Below, piece after piece: positions 1 to 15,280 of a stretch of 64,000 nt of DNA. The stretch comes from the human T2T-CHM13v2.0 reference genome, Homo sapiens. Within the stretch, counting starts at the first letter, position 1; every line of letters starts with the position of its first letter. The notes beneath the pieces are model-generated. The model did not search any database, was not told the DNA's origin, and was given only the letters and a program-made list of their open reading frames with translations. The translations under genes and the position numbers were made by a program. The stretch lies in assembly GCF_009914755.1 (NCBI RefSeq), contig NC_060935.1. One strand, written 5' to 3'.

Positions 1-1634
1 TAATCTAGGGGAGAACGGAATGTAGTTTGGGGTGGGTGATGGTTGCTTAGAGTCAGAGAAAACATAGTATCTGTAGTGTAACTTTACATGTAACTAACTT
101 TCTCAATTAAAAAAAATCATATCTTTTTAAAACTCCAGTGCCTATATCATCCATGCATTTATTTCTTTTTTATTCTATTGATTATTAGTCTTATTTTCTT
201 GCCTCTTGCCATGTCTAGAATAAAAAAGCAAAAACCTACAGGTGATGTTCTCACTTCCAAGACTACTTTTTTTTTAATTTCCTCTCTTAGATAGCGTGAG
301 GATGGACATTTTAATTCAAAAATGAATTGATCTTAGTAAGAATTGGAGTAGAGTTGCAGTAAGACTTAGTATACTCTGGTTCAATCTCATTTTTCTTGTC
401 TTATTATTTTTGTTCTTCTTGGGAACCTAGCTAATTGGGTTATTTACTTTTAAAGTCTATGATAAATTCATGCCCTCTATTTTTTTTCTTCTCTTCCACC
501 AACCCACACTATGTAGTTCCAAACCTGAGAAATGCTGGAGACTTTGTGTTGGAGGCAGACCTCTTTTCTTGTTAGCCTTAGGTTGATAAGCACTGTGAGA
601 CTGAAGAATATATTACTGTGACTTTAAAAATTCTCAGCCTAGTCCTCCCGCCTGCTGTGTGCAAACCCATAACTCGGCAAAAAACGCCTGGGTCAAGTCA
701 ACTGATTATTTGAGGTTTCTAAGTCTCCAATTTATTATTCCAGCACTGAAGGACCACTAAAATGTCTGCTGATTTTTCTTTTCCCCAGTGGGACCTCTCT
801 CTCTGACATAAACCCAATCCTTAGCCTATATGCAGAACTAAGCACTGGGAGAAAATTACTCATGTTTGTAGTGTGTAATACTGACACCCTGAAAAGGAAC
901 AGCAAATAAGGTAGGAGACCAGAAAGAACAGTGGTGTAGAAACAAAGCATTAGAGTCTCAGAACTGCGAACTCCCACTACACATATATGGAGGCAGAGAT
1001 TAAATGTGCTGCTTAATTCTCCTTATTCCTCTGTTGTTCAATCCTGTGGACGCAAAGTATGAACAGTCTGTGATAACTCTAACTTTATGTTGGTGAAATC
1101 TATAATTAGAACTAGAAATTAGAGGTTTCAAAGTCAGGGATTGTAGGAAATTGAGAATCTGAGAGTGTTTGACACTGTAACATACTGATTTAGCCATTAA
1201 CTTTCATCCAAATAAATAAGGAAAGGAAATAAGATTCATACATTATTATTCTGTATCTTGTTATCATCTAGTTAAATTTCTGCTCAGATCCATATAGCAA
1301 GGAAGGCAAAGCAGTTTCTATATTGTTTAGTGGTGTGTTGTAGTAGCTCTGTGTAGAATTTTATGTAACCACGAGATTGTGAATATTAATTATGGGAAAA
1401 TGCATATGGTCTAATGTTTGTGGTGTAAAATGATTTTTTCCTCATTTAAATTCTCAAATCATGTTTGTCATAGAATGGTGGATTTGCTCCCTTTCTTGTG
1501 ATTATTAACTGCTGGCTGTGAAGTCATTGATAAAGTTTAAAAATTCCTTAATCAGTGTAAAGGACATTGAACATTGTCCTAGAGTTCAAAACATACCTAA
1601 AATTATTTTTTTATTAATATGTTATTCTTTAAAT

Positions 1635-2520
1635 AAAATAACAAACAAACAAAAAACAAACAACCCTGTTAACAAATGGGCAAAGAACATGAACAGACAC
1701 TTCTCAAAAGAAGATATATATGTGTCCAACAAAGATATGAAAAAAATACTCCACATCACTAATCAACAGAGAAATGCAAATCAAAACCACAATGAGATAC
1801 CATCTCACACCGGTCACAATGGCTATTGTTAAAAAGTAAAAAATAACAGATGTTGGCAAAGTTGCAGAGTTAAAGGAACACTTACATACAACTGGTGGGA
1901 ATGTAAATTAATTCACCCTCTGTGGAAAACAGTGTGGAGGTTTCTCAAAGAACTTAAAACAGAACTATCATTCCACCCAGCAATCCAACTACTGGATATA
2001 TACCCAAAGGAAAATAAATTATTCTACTAAAAAGTAACATGCACTCCTATGTTAATCGCAGCACTATTCCCAATGGCAAAGACATAAAAATCAACCTAGA
2101 TATTCATCAGTGGTGGACTGGATAAAGAAAACGTGGTATATATACACTATATAATACCATACAGCCATAAAAAAGAAAAAAATCATATTCTTTGCATCAA
2201 CATGGATGCAGCTGGAGGCCATTATTCTAAGCTAATTAATGTGGAAACATAAAGCCAAACACCACATGTTCTCGTTTGTAAGTGGAAGCTAAACATTGAG
2301 TACTCATGAACACAAAGCTGGGAACACTGGATCCTGAGGATCACTTGAGGTAGGCGGTTGTTAACTGTGAATTAAAAGAACTACCTATTGGGTACTATGC
2401 TTACTACCTGAGTGATGGGGTCATTTGTACACCAAACCTCAGAGACACAGAATTTATCTATGTAACAAAACTGCACATGTACTCTCTGAAGCTGAAATAA
2501 AAGTTGGAAAAAATGAATAA
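1635..2520 (+). mobile_element. L1 3' fragment (ORF2 end + 3' UTR; L1PB/L1MA-age)
   Basis: ORF2 C-terminal peptide [15 protein letters not shown], typical 3' UTR ending ...ctgcacatgtactctctgaagctgaaataaaagttggaaaaaa. Confidence 0.9.
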
Positions 2521-4473
2521 AGTATGTAACTCTGCAGATTTCAAAACACAGTAAAAATGCTATCCATAGGCTAATTTTGTTAGATAGGGAATTATCCACT
2601 CTTAAACTGCCTCGAGTTAAATATTTAGCCATGAAAGCACAAAGCTAAAAAGAACATTAATTTGGGACAACTTGTCTCCATCATTTCTATTAACTGACTA
2701 ATGAACACCTGATAAAATTTCCCAGTAAGAATATTGTGCTTTATCCACGTATTTATGGTGTTTACGTACAAATACATAGCCACTCATACTTTTTGGGCTC
2801 AGGAAAACTCAATATGTAGTGTTTGTACCACTGAACAATTCCACAAAAACCATTAATACCTTTCTACTAGTCTGTGAAGTATATTTCTATACAAATAACA
2901 CTGATGTTTGCAAAACTATGAAGTTAAATCCAATCTTATTTATACAAAATAAACCATATCACACTAACTATATAAAATAAAATATCTTGGGAAATGCTTT
3001 TTAATGTATTTACTCCAAGCCTTTAAAGTAAAGATGTAATTTCAAAATTAGAGAGACAGCTGTGGTAGTAGTTATAAAATCTGACTCATAGTCACACTTC
3101 AATTAAAATCAGAGAATCAAAAAACTCCATTTAAGCTGAAATCATCCATCATTTTAAACACACTAAGGAAAATGATTTACCAAACTGGATACCATGTTTG
3201 CCTTTTGACTACTATTAAAAAGGGGCATGAGATTTCATGATATTGCACCGAGCAAGAGTTTGTCCCAAATTCTTAAGTTATGTCTTCCCACAATTTTATA
3301 AATTTCATGGTCCTCTTTTCACCTGCTTTGACTTTTACAAGATGGCAAAAATTATATCTTACTGATAATCACTGAAATTCTGAAGAGATCCTTATTAGTT
3401 TGATTTACTTCAAAATAAAATGTAAGAGAAATTAACTCAAAATGCCAAAACACAAATCATAAATTTGTATATAGTCCAGTGAAGTCAGAATAACTTTATT
3501 TTTGAATTCTATCTAGTTGCTGGCATTTTATATCTTACCCCCAAAATACTGTCTGAAATCAGATTTAAATGACTTAACTAACCCTCAGCTAGATAATAAC
3601 CCCATAGTCTTCTATTGATTGAAACTAAATGTCAAGGCAATAAAAACATATCAACTCTATTTTACTCCACTGAAATGTTAAAAATTCCATAAACCTAAAA
3701 TTCACAAACAATAGTTGTCCTTATTTAAGGACATCTGATATTGCCATTTTTATGATTCTAAGTTTCCAAAATTACTTTTGGGCTCAGATGCCTATAAATG
3801 TCTCAACTTTATGGCTTTAAAAAATAAAGACTGCCAATAAGCTACTAATATTTCAAATAACTTGTCTCTCATAAATTTTTTCAAAAAGCTGATCTTTCCA
3901 TATTAATGGCAGTCAAAATTATTCATCTGAATGTCACAAGAAAATAAGTCAAATTGTCAAATACAATTGGTATCCATAATTATTTTGAAATTACATTCTA
4001 TACTAATTACTACATTTTTCCATTTTTATTTATAAAAACAAAACAACTGTGAAGCAATTAGTCATTTGTGAATCATTACTTTCTGGAAACCTTTTTATGG
4101 AGTTTGAAATTTACAGTAACTCGACTTTAGTCATCCTTACATTCTTTTAAAATTCATGGCAATAAATCTCAGTGTCTATGTACTACCTCAGTGTGACAGT
4201 CCATTGTGTCAAGGTGGCATACAAAATTTTTCAAGGTGTTTATTTTAATATGTTTCCTACTAAGAAGTAGGAAGCACTTGATTATGAATCAATCTGATTT
4301 AAAGATATTTCTCTTCTTTTTTCTTTTTCTCTTTAAATATAATGTAAGAAATTCAACCATGCAGAAAACAACATGGCTAAAATCAATATCTTACGGTTGG
4401 TGTAGCTAAAAGAGTAATAAGGAAGGACTTTATCTGCACTGTACTGAATAGAATCCAAGGTAAATTATACTTA

Positions 4474-4898
<425 letters not shown>

Positions 4899-6159
4899 TT
4901 ATCTTTAAATTAAAATTCTTAGAATAATATTTTCCTAATAAAGAGACCTGTCTCAGCATCCCAGCTATCATAGTGTGAAAGATTTCTCATTTTGGTAATT
5001 CTCATAATTAATTTGAGTCAGGTGAGAAGGAAAAGATTGCTAGCTTCTGCTAAAAATAACTCAGGCTCATGTTTCAAAAATATTCTCTTTTAAAATAAAC
5101 AGGCACAAAGGTGATATAAACCTCCTATACAGGAAGTACAATGAAAATGTCACTCAATAAAAACCATACACCTCACCACCATCACTCTACCAGAGTTGTC
5201 TTAAAAATAAAGTAAAAGACAGACAGTAAGGAAACAACTTGTCAACGTGTCGGTCCCATATGGAAAAATAAACAGATACTGATTAAAGTGAACGGAGAGT
5301 GGAGCCACATAGAGGAGAATCATGTGAGCAGGTGGGGAAGGGAAGAAAAATCTATATTCTGGACTTAATCATCCTTTTACAGTTGTTGCTGATTTTAAGA
5401 AATAAATCCATTAAAATTCAAACTGAAACATATTTGTTGAATTGAAGATTAGTTCCTTACTCTAAATCAAAATACAAGATTTAGCAAATATGTTAATTTG
5501 CAAACTTCAGAAAAAGGCTTCAAAATATATTCTGCTATAAATTTAATTTATTGTCTTTACTAGAAATATTTCAATTATATGTAATTAGCTCTGAAAATCT
5601 GATCAAGAGAGTTATCTTTTTCCACACACTAGACATATTAACAGCATTTTTCTCTAATTGAATCCTATGGTTCTCCCCAGGACTGGTACAATAACTTTTA
5701 GTTATTTGCATTCCCCATGTTACAGTACAATTAACACAGTCACCACTCAGCAAGTAATATTTAAAATTCTTAATAAAGACCATCAAGTAGCTGTTTTTTC
5801 AGAATATCTCTTTCAGCAATTATTTAAGATAATCATGTCTCATCCATTTTCCTACAGTCATATTTTAAAATTTTACCCTCTTCTTTATGATTTCTTTCCT
5901 GCAGTTGCCCCTCTGCTCATCAGAATAAAGGAATTACTCCTCAGGCCCCACTTCCTACTAAGACAATAAATACATACCCAGTTGCAATTTTTTTTTTCCT
6001 TTTCATCTCATGTTAGTGATGTTTGCCATTTAACTTACAAAGCTAAGCTCATTAATATTAATATAAAGAACCTAAAATAGAGTTGTGAATGCCATTCGCA
6101 TATATCTATTTTTCCCAAATATTCCTTCAACTGTACTTTTGCTGACATCATTCTATAGG

Positions 6160-6560
6160 GTAGTGAGAAGAAAAAATACTAAGGTAGGAATCAAAAGACC
6201 TAACTTTGGTTCTAATTCAACTACTTTAAGTATATCTTTGGGAAAATCTCTTGATATATCTGGATCACAGTTTGTTCATTATTAACATAAAAGAATAGGC
6301 CTAGGTAAACTTAGGCCAGTTGTATGATATATGGTTCTATGCTTTTCTGGAAGGATTGTCTGTTTACCACAAGTATTCTGTGCGGTAGAATGAAAAAGAA
6401 ACAGTTAAAACTCAGCTGATTGGCATCCAACCTCATTATTTACTAGCTATGTGTTATTTGGTACATCATTAAACATTTTGAATCTTGTACCTTATTTGGA
6501 AAATAAAAATAGTTGTAAATAGTTGTATGTCTCTTATGTGATTTTTTGTGATGGACTATA
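6160..6560 (+). mobile_element. Two degraded MIR fragments
   Basis: MIR-core-like tracts (gggaaaatctcttgatatatctggatcacagtttgttcat; tactagctatgtg...ggaaaataaaaatag); boundaries approximate. Confidence 0.5.
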
Positions 6561-7339
6561 TCTGAAGGCTAAATTAATATTATTTTCCTTCTCCCATTAT
6601 TCAAGACTCAAGTTAACTCTCATGCTCTCTTGAAGCTTTCAATGATTTCTTTATTTAAAGGCACATAGTGTAATAGGCACTTGGTTTTCGAAACATACAA
6701 ATCATTATCTGGAAGTAATCTTTTTAAATCCTGAATGTCTTTAGGTGTTTAGCTATATATTCCTCATGTTTATTTTTATGTTCTTCCTCGTGTTACAATA
6801 ATTTAACTAGCTGTATATTTCCTTTTTCAAAACTCGAGACTAGTAACCTCATAGGATTCATCTTTGCGTGCAATATAATGTTTAAATGACTGTCTTGCAT
6901 ATGATTGAAACTCCATAATTATTTGAAGAATCGATGACTGAATTCACCCCACAGTAATATCCAGCAGCAAATTTCCATGTATTTGAGGCATTATTTTCCT
7001 TATGTTTTTTCTTAACCCTCCACAGGAAACTCATCTCTACAATGCTGTAAAACATTGTAAGTCAATCAATAAGTAAATTTAAAAACTAAACTTTGTCTTT
7101 CTGTTTTTACAAAGATATTTTCAAAAGCTGGTTTACACAAACAGTTTTCATGAGCTCAGTATAGAGTATGTCTTGATAAGATCTGAGAAATGAAATGTGT
7201 AATTCAAAATACATTCTCATATCCTACATACTGGAATGTCTAGTAGAGTAAGATAACAAGAGTTCACCACGGTAAACTAATATTGTATGATTTAATCTTT
7301 GCTTTCCCCAAGGAAATAAATACACTGGTAAATTATATT

Positions 7340-7500
7340 TTTGTGCAATTTTATTAACTTCTTTGGCTCACTTTTCTCATGTGTAAAACTAGGAAAATAA
7401 CTATTAATCTTTTAGTATTGTTGTAAGAATGAAATAAGATAATTTATGAAAAATGTTTATCAGGGTGTTAAACATAGAGTAAAAGCTCTACAGAAGTTAA
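7340..7500 (+). mobile_element. MIR
   Basis: ctcacttttctcatgtgtaaaactagg...gttgtaagaatgaaataagataat resembles MIR core and 3' half. Confidence 0.65.
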
Positions 7501-7509
7501 ATATATAAA

Positions 7510-7720
7510 AGCCACTGGGGAGTACAAAAAGGGGGATGTGGAAGGGAATAGAATGAGTGTTGAAAAAATTACCTATGGGTATAATGTTCACTATTTGGGT
7601 GACAGATATACTAGAAGCCAAACCCTCACCACTACACAATCCTGCACAATATATCCATGTAAAAATCCTCCATGAGTACTCCCTGAATCTATAAAAATAA
7701 GCATTAAAGTTAAAAAAAAA
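7510..7720 (+). mobile_element. L1 (L1MA/L1PB) extreme 3' end
   Basis: ttgaaaaaattacctatgggtataatgttcactatttgggtga...ccctgaatctataaaaata followed by an A tail. Confidence 0.85.
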
Positions 7721-7744
7721 GTTCAGAAATAAAATGTTTTATTT

Positions 7745-8078
7745 ATTTTCTTTTCTTTCTTTATTTTTTTCTTTCTTTTTTTTTTTTTTTTTCTTTGAGA
7801 CAGAGTCTCACTCAGTAGCCCAGGCAGGAGTACAGTGGCAAGATCTCTGCTCACTACAACTTCTGCCTCCCGGATTCAAGTGCTCCTCCCACCTCAGATT
7901 CTGGAGTAACTGGGATTACAGGCATGCACCACCAAGCCATGCTAATTTTTGTATTTTTAGTAGAGACGGGGTTTTCCCCATGTTGGCCAGGCTGGTTTTG
8001 AACTCCTGACCTCTAGTGATCCACCGCCTCAGCCTCCCAAAGTGCTGGGATTACAGGCATGAGCCACCACATCCAGCC
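7745..8078 (-). mobile_element. Alu (old S/J), full length
   Basis: Poly-T, then reverse-complement Alu ending gagccaccacatccagcc. Confidence 0.96.
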
Positions 8079-11000
8079 TTCAATTCCTTATCTCAAAAGA
8101 TAGCATTTAATTCCAAAATTGTTGCTTTGTACCCATTCTGTACCATGATTGAGGATATTGAGATTTTTTTTAAATGGCAAACAACTTACTATCCCTTAGA
8201 AAGAACTAAGTTATCACAGATATCCATGAATTATTGTGGAAATTCACAGAAGGAATCGTTAAATTCAATAGAAGATATCAAGAGGTGACTGAAAGTAAAG
8301 TGACTTGTTATTTGAATCATAGTGGAAGAAGACAAGTAGGATTTAGTTATGCTAGTCTAGGGGTTAGGGAGATCATTCCAAGAAGATGAAAGGAAATAAT
8401 CAAAAGCAAAATTACTTGAAAGCACATGGAATATTTGAGGCATAACAAGTATTATAATCTTTGCTATAAAATTAAAGTATCTGCAGTAAATAGGAGAATT
8501 TTCTGAGATTGATAGACTCTATGAATTACTAATCATCACAGTGTAATAATGACTGTAGTATTAAGCTGATTTTATAATAAAAGTATTTCTATGTATGTTG
8601 TGTTTAATACTAATAAAATGGGTCATAACTTTATCTTACATAATGAAACCTGTGGACTAAGTGAGCGAAAGCAGTACAGAATATAATCCATTGCAGTGAA
8701 TCAGGGATTTTAATTAGAAAGAATTCTAAGGGTTAGTGAGAATGCAAGAATCACTGTCTAAGTTCTGATCTTGAGAAGAAAAGAGTTGCTGAAGCTGCAG
8801 AAGTTCAGAAGTCTTGCATTTGGAAGATACTTGCTTTTCTATTAAAATATATGGCATGCATGGGCTGTGCTGATTCATTAATTCCAAATATTGGAATTTA
8901 GCAATGGGAAGCATTATATTCAAAACCATGATATCAAATTAATTCTGAAGAATGAATATTTTAGAAAAACACAACTTTGAAACAAAGCTGCAGGCACACT
9001 AAAATTCTTTGTTGGACTTTATATTTTTTCTTTTGATCGCTCCTAGTCGACACAAGCAAGAGTAAAAGCAAACTATAAGATTTAAAATGACAGTCTAGAA
9101 ATAAACTAGTTTATAGTCAGTTGTGTGGTGTGCCTTTAGCTAATATTGATATTTTAAGTTGTAGAATCTTATACATCTCTGAAGAGACATAGTGTGTTTA
9201 TCATATCACAAATCCTCTTTACTGAGGGCTTATTATTAAGATAAACCTTTGCTTTAGGCTTTTAACTCTTCCTTGTTGTATAATTTAAGAGTAAAATAGT
9301 TTTATTTTCAAAATTTTTTTCAGTTTTTTTTCTTTTCTAAATGATATATCCCTTGAACTCTAACTGTAGAAGTTACCATATGCTACAACAGTAAAATCAA
9401 CTATTGAGAAATCGCACAGTCAATACACAGGATCAGTAAGCATGGATGCAGACTTCCTCCAAAGTTCCTGTTCACAATATCAATATGCCTTCCATTTCAA
9501 ACATTTCACTATTCAGTAACTATAATAGAAAAAAGTTGACTGTCTACAGTCCAGTAAAGTGTGTTGTTTGGCACTTTATTTTGTTTTTGGGGTTGAGGAG
9601 AAGTAGTGGTTTTAATATTACAGCTGGTAATCTGATCATATTACATACTGTCATTATTCATCCACTAATGCTCAAAGGATCAGGAATGCGTATGTTTTTC
9701 CTCAATAAAACACCAGAAGATAATCTTGTTGTGAATGTAGGTTATTTGAAATTAATCCAACAAGGAAATCCACGGCTGTTCTAAGTTTCAGCACTAGAAC
9801 AGTTCAAGAGGTCTTTAAAGGAGCCATCCCAGAATCCGATCAAAGACACAGATGCTGCCTCTGGAAACACATTGGAGAGATCTCCATCTGGGGCCCTCAG
9901 TGTGCCAAGTTCTTCTCATAAGTGGTCACAGCAGTTAGGTTCTTTGCTCCAGATGAGAGAGAAAGGCACCAAAGGGAACTATTCCCCACCCAGCAATCAA
10001 CAAGAAATGCTGTGCCAAGTGAAATTGTAATTATATATACAGTGATGTGTTAATGAGCTTTGAAAACGTTTGGTTGGAGAAGATAAAAGTGTCTGGATCT
10101 GACTAAAACAACTATGTATCTGAAAATGCAATACACATTATTAAATACAACTCTGCGTGCCAGAGTATGTTTGTCTGTATGTGCACATTTGAGGTGCAAC
10201 TGTCTGAATACTACATGGATGTCACTGTGCTTCCTTAGACATTTAGTTTATGAAAATGTCTCAATCTAAATTAAGAAACAGCTTCAGAATATTACCGTCT
10301 TATTATAATGATCTGAGAAAAACAATGTGGCTTCCAGCAATTTTTAGATTAGAAAATCAAGTCCAAGCACAAGTACCTTCAAAAAGTAAATTTTGTTGGA
10401 AATGTTTTTCTTTTAGTATGGATCTAGTTACAAACCTTAGTGGTAATGACATTCTGGGCTTTTTTGCTCACAGACCTTCCAGTTCTCATAGCTAGAATCC
10501 CTCAGCTTCTTTCTGTAAATGAAACTGGTTCAAGCTCTGAAATAAATAAATATGTAAATATATATTATATGCATATATACATACATGCAGAGAGAGAGAG
10601 AGAGAAGTACTTCAAAGAAACTATGAATTTATAACAGTATAAATCAAACCACTTCAGATTCTCTGCTGATCTCTTTATGCTCCTGCATATTCAATTGAGA
10701 AACTAGATTTATTGTTTATTTTTAGTGAGTCGGTATTTTTATCAACTTCATGCCTTACCCTATTAAAACACCAACTGCGCTGCCATGTTTCCTTGTCTCG
10801 TTTTCCAGTTGCTACAGAGTTAGATTACTAACAAAGTTCCTAATTGCAAAGTTCCAGCATAAGATGAGTGTTTCTCAATGCATGGCCCGTGGCTGAAGTT
10901 CTACATGCATCAGAATGATCTTAGGTGTTGGCTAACAATGAAGACACTGCATTCTCTTTTTTATAAATAATTTGTTAATGATCTATTAAATGGCCAAGTG

Positions 11001-11269
11001 TTCAAGTGACTTAACTTTTAAAAATTAGAATAAATAAATTTACCTCAATATGGTCTCTGACTCAAATGCTTTTTAAAGTAGGGAAAACATGGTAGAATTA
11101 GTATATGTTATGATCTTTAATTATAGAACAGCTAAGACATAGCTATAATTTCTGTTTTATTTTGAGAAGATACAGAGTTATGCAAATCTAGAATGTCACA
11201 TCCTTCACTTGAAGCTGGGATTCTTTAGCTATGCATGTACCCTCTCCAGCTGGATCCAGAGTCTCCTGT

Positions 11270-11400
11270 CTTACTACTTAAAATGTGGTCCATGGACTGG
11301 AAGTATCAGAATTAGCATTACGTAGAAGCTTGTTAAAAATTTAGAAACTGAGTCCTACTCTTCAAGACCATCTAAGTCAGAATCTGCAATGCAAAAGAAC
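11270..11400. mobile_element. MER5A-like hAT DNA transposon fragment
   Basis: aaatgtggtccatggactgg...gcttgttaaaaat...tcagaatctgca. Confidence 0.6.
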
Positions 11401-11626
11401 AATTCAAGAAACTAATATACAGTTTCAACAAGTCCATTGGGTTTCTATATTATCCCTGAACATTCATCAACATTATGTAAATTTGACTAGACTCTACGGC
11501 ACGATACACCTGGGTGTATCCTAATCCGAGGCAAAAGGCAATTGTCATTAAACAGGCTTGTGGCCAATTTTGGGGATAGGGATGACAGGAAATATTTAGC
11601 AATGTGAGTGGTAACAGTTCCTAGAC

Positions 11627-11756
11627 CAGTGGTTCTCAGAACAGGCTTCACATTAAAACCACCTAGACAAATTACTAGTGCCAGAGTCCTACTGAAAATC
11701 AATTAAATCGGGATTTCTAGAGGTGAACCCAAGAATATATATATATATATATACAC

Positions 11757-11792
<36 letters not shown>

Positions 11793-11860
11793 TCAAAACC
11801 CAATTTTGAAAACTTTCCAAGGAGATTCAAATTTTCAGCCAAGTTGAAATCCACCACATT
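11627..11860. mobile_element. MER5-like element with internal (TA)n
   Basis: CAGTGGTTCTCA terminus, ...cagccaagttgaaatccacc at the other end. Confidence 0.65.
11735..11792. repeat. (TA)n microsatellite
   Basis: Directly visible, two interruptions. Confidence 0.97.
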
Positions 11861-12259
11861 ATAGAACATTTAACAGGTGTTTTAATAGAATTAAATTGGT
11901 CTGGAACAATAATTTTCAAATCTTCCTAGAAGATTGTTAAATACATAAAGATCCAGGACCTTCCAAAAATTCCAAAATATAGGTGGCACCCATATTTTTA
12001 ACAAGCATGAAATTTTTAAGAATCCTTCTTCATGACTAATCTTCTTTGCTCAATTAAGGTAGAGTGAATTTTTCTGGATGGAAAAACTCACTTTACTATG
12101 GGGATATAAACAAGTTTGAATTTAATTGCAAGCAGATGGAGTGATCTGAGTAGGATTTAATTAAATCATATTGGCCAATAATGAATGATTTTTTAAGTTT
12201 TATTTATTCTTTGTACTCTGCATACCCTTTTTGCCTTATTTTATTATAGAGTATTTTCA

Positions 12260-13243
12260 GTGTAATGAATAGAAATAATGAAAGGACATTCTTGTCTATT
12301 TGCCATTTTAGGAAGAAAGCATCCAATCTCTCACAATGAAGTTTGATATTGCTGTAGTCTTTCATATATCATTCTTTAACGAGCTGAGAAAATTCTCTGT
12401 TCCTAGTTTGCTGAGAGTTTTTAATCATGGATGAGTGTTACATTTCATCAAATGCTTTACCTGCATCAACTATATAACCATATGATTTTTCTTTTTTACT
12501 GTTCTGATGTAGTAGATTTTATTGCTTTATTTTCAAATAGTGAATCAGCCAGGAATTAATACCACCTGTTTGCAGTATATAATTCCTTTGATTTGAACTA
12601 GATTTGCTAATATTTTTTATAGAGATTTCGCATCTATGTGAGATCTATGGTTTTCCTTTCTTGTAATGTCATTATATGGTTTTGGAGTAAGGCAATATTC
12701 ACCTCATGGAAAGTATGGAATGTTCTTTTGGCTTCTAGTTTCTTGGAGAAATTATGAATAATTTGTATTACTGATTCTCGAATGCTTGTTAGAATTCACC
12801 AGCAAACTCATCTGTTCCTCTATACTTGTTTCTTTTTTTGAAAATTATTAGTAATTCACTCAATTTATTTCATAGCTGTAGTACTATCTGGGTTATTTTT
12901 TCTCCTTGTATGAGTTTTGGTAGTTTGTATCTTTCAAGGAATTGGTCTATTTTATGTAAGTTATCAAACTTGTAGGCAGAGAATTGTTCCTAGTATTCTT
13001 TCATTATTCTTTTAATATCAATGAACTCAATGGTGATGTCTCTTCTTTCATTTCTTATATTGGTGATTATGTCCCCTATTTTTTCCCTTAGTTAGCCAGG
13101 TGAGAGTTTTAAGACTTTCATGCATCTTTTCTGAAAACATTATTTATAGGGAACATCTACTGGCAATGAATTTAATTAGTTTTTGTTTTAGAAAATCTTT
13201 ATTTCTGCTTCACTTTTGAATGATAATTTTGCTGGATATAGAA
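12260..13243 (-). mobile_element. Old L1M internal fragments (ORF2 part joined to a more 5' part near 13140)
   Basis: cctagtttgctgagagtttttaatcatg, tagaattcaccagcaaac, then ttcacttttgaatgataattttgctggatataga. Confidence 0.8.
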
Positions 13244-14689
13244 ACAATGATAGAGTTAATGTATGTGAATAGAGTGAATCTGAGTTATACGTAATTTTTA
13301 TGGAAGATTAAGTTAAATTGATTTTATTATTTCAATAGATATACATTTCTGGATTATGGTTCTTTGTATGAAATTTTGTTTAAATGAATTTTAAAAGTGT
13401 AAGTTTCTAGTATGAATTAAAACTCACTAAGTCTTGTCTTTTTGGCTTTTATGTTAAAGTGTTCAGATTAAGTTGGATTGCACTGACACATCTTATCTCA
13501 CTACAAAATGATTTTATAAGGATTTTTAATAATATTAATAGTTGCCCTATTTTAAATTATGTTCTATATAATTTCTCTATATAAAATGGCTTGAATTAAT
13601 TCATGTGTTTCTTATGAGTTTATTTGACTTAATATTAGGAAAATATTATTTATGGCATTGTAAATTTTTCTCTTGATTAAATTTTAATTAAAGCTATCCT
13701 TTCTCATTCTGCTCACATTAAATTGGCTGATTCTAGTTTGGTTTATACTTATCTAGTACTCTGGTTTGAGTAGAATACGGGAAGGGAGAACGGGAAGAAA
13801 TTTTGGGACTAGAACAGAATGGTAAAAAGCAGTCTGAGTCTGGTATTTTCCCAAATTAATTTATTTGAACTGACAGCCATGATCAGGTTTTTAGAATTCT
13901 TTAGTCAAAATTATGCATTTGTCTTTCCTTCCTTTGCATTCCACAGTAAAAAAGAAATGATATTCAAATTCTATCCAACAGTCGAATCTGACCTCAACCT
14001 ACCTATGTCTGTCATTATTTTCTACGATCAACTCTGTCCCCTACTTAGACCACTTTCCTCACAGTCTTTCAGAATATTGTGTACTTGGTTCCATCCATTT
14101 GCTCCTAGTGTTCTGTTTGAATGGCCACCCTCCTTCTCAATTCCCACTATCAAGTCTCAAAACTTCTTAACCTTACAGTTACTATATTTATTATTTCATT
14201 ACAATTTTACAGCATGCTCAGCATGTACACACACACACACACACAGCCCATAGAAATTTTCAAAGTATGGATTCTTATTCCTATTGTACTTTCTAGGAAT
14301 ATTTATTACATGAATTGATTACTCATAATTACCTTGTATTATTTTAAGTGTTGCGTATGCAATAATGTATCTGAATCATCAAAATGATTCTAGTTTCAAT
14401 TATTATCCCAAGTTTCAAGACAAATAAATAAGATACAAAGATATTTAAAAATTTAGTCAGATAGCTATAATTTATCAAATAGTCCAAGCAGCCTAAAGTC
14501 TACATTTTTTAATCATAAGGTTGTATTAAATAAATAGAAATGTAGGATAAAAAGATTAAGTGAAATATTTGGTCTTTCATTTTTTAAGGATATAATTAAT
14601 TAGTATTTTCACAACAGCTTTCAATGTATGAAGCAACCATAATAAAGTGCTCAACTCCTGGAACTCTAGTATTTAACCAGCTATCTTTA

Positions 14690-14890
14690 AATGTTGGCAT
14701 GATCATCCACTGTCTATGTGACATGGGGCAACTTATTTAAAAGGTTTGGACCTCAGTTGACTTATTAATAATCAGGGCAGTAATAGTAACCATGTCATAC
14801 AATTGCTATGATGATGGATAAATAAGATAATGTATAAAATACCTTGAACTTTGGTTGGCTTTAATATGTACTAAGTAAATATTAGCTGAT
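14690..14890 (+). mobile_element. MIR
   Basis: tatgtgacatggggcaacttatttaa...cctcagtt...aataagataatgtataaaa. Confidence 0.7.
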
Positions 14891-14919
14891 ACTACTAGAG
14901 CAAGTAAATTCATATCCAT

Positions 14920-15040
14920 CCTTACATGAGCTTTATAATAACCCTGATAGAAATTATTACCATATCAATTTTAAAGATCAGAATACTGAAGCTCACATAG
15001 ATTAAGTGTTTCCTAATATTAAACAGGTAGTGAATTTTTA
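14920..15040 (-). mobile_element. MIR fragment
   Basis: aataaccctg...attttaaagatcagaatactgaagctcacatagattaagtg. Confidence 0.6.
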
Positions 15041-15094
15041 AAAAGAACCTAAATTAACCCTAATTACTTTCATTATATTGACTAATATTGTTAT

Positions 15095-15280
15095 AGTTGT
15101 CAAGATGAGGTTTCAGGACCAGCAGTGTTAGCAACATTTCAGAATTTTTTTACAAATGCAAATTATAGAGTCCTACCAAAACTTACTGAATCAGAAACTC
15201 TGAGGCAGTGACCCACAATCTATGTTTTAACAAGATCTCATTAGGATAAAGATGCATTCTCAAGCATAAAATCCCCTGAG
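15095..15280. mobile_element. MER5A
   Basis: ggaccagcag...aaatgcaaatt...tactgaatcagaaactctg...tgttttaacaag. Confidence 0.75.

Noticed and set aside
4395-4405. Possible 11-nt minus-strand microexon (ttttag|CTACACCAACC|gtaaga)
   Set aside because: Not frame-preserving and no supporting exons nearby; such motifs arise by chance in 64 kb.
9741-9921. Open frame after an AG in a GC-richer unique patch
   Set aside because: Only about 59 codons, weak pyrimidine tract, no recognisable protein or donor site.
14690-15040. Tail-to-tail MIR pairs (also about 30920-31365) as structured RNA
   Set aside because: The copies are too diverged for stable pairing, and MIRs are abundant.
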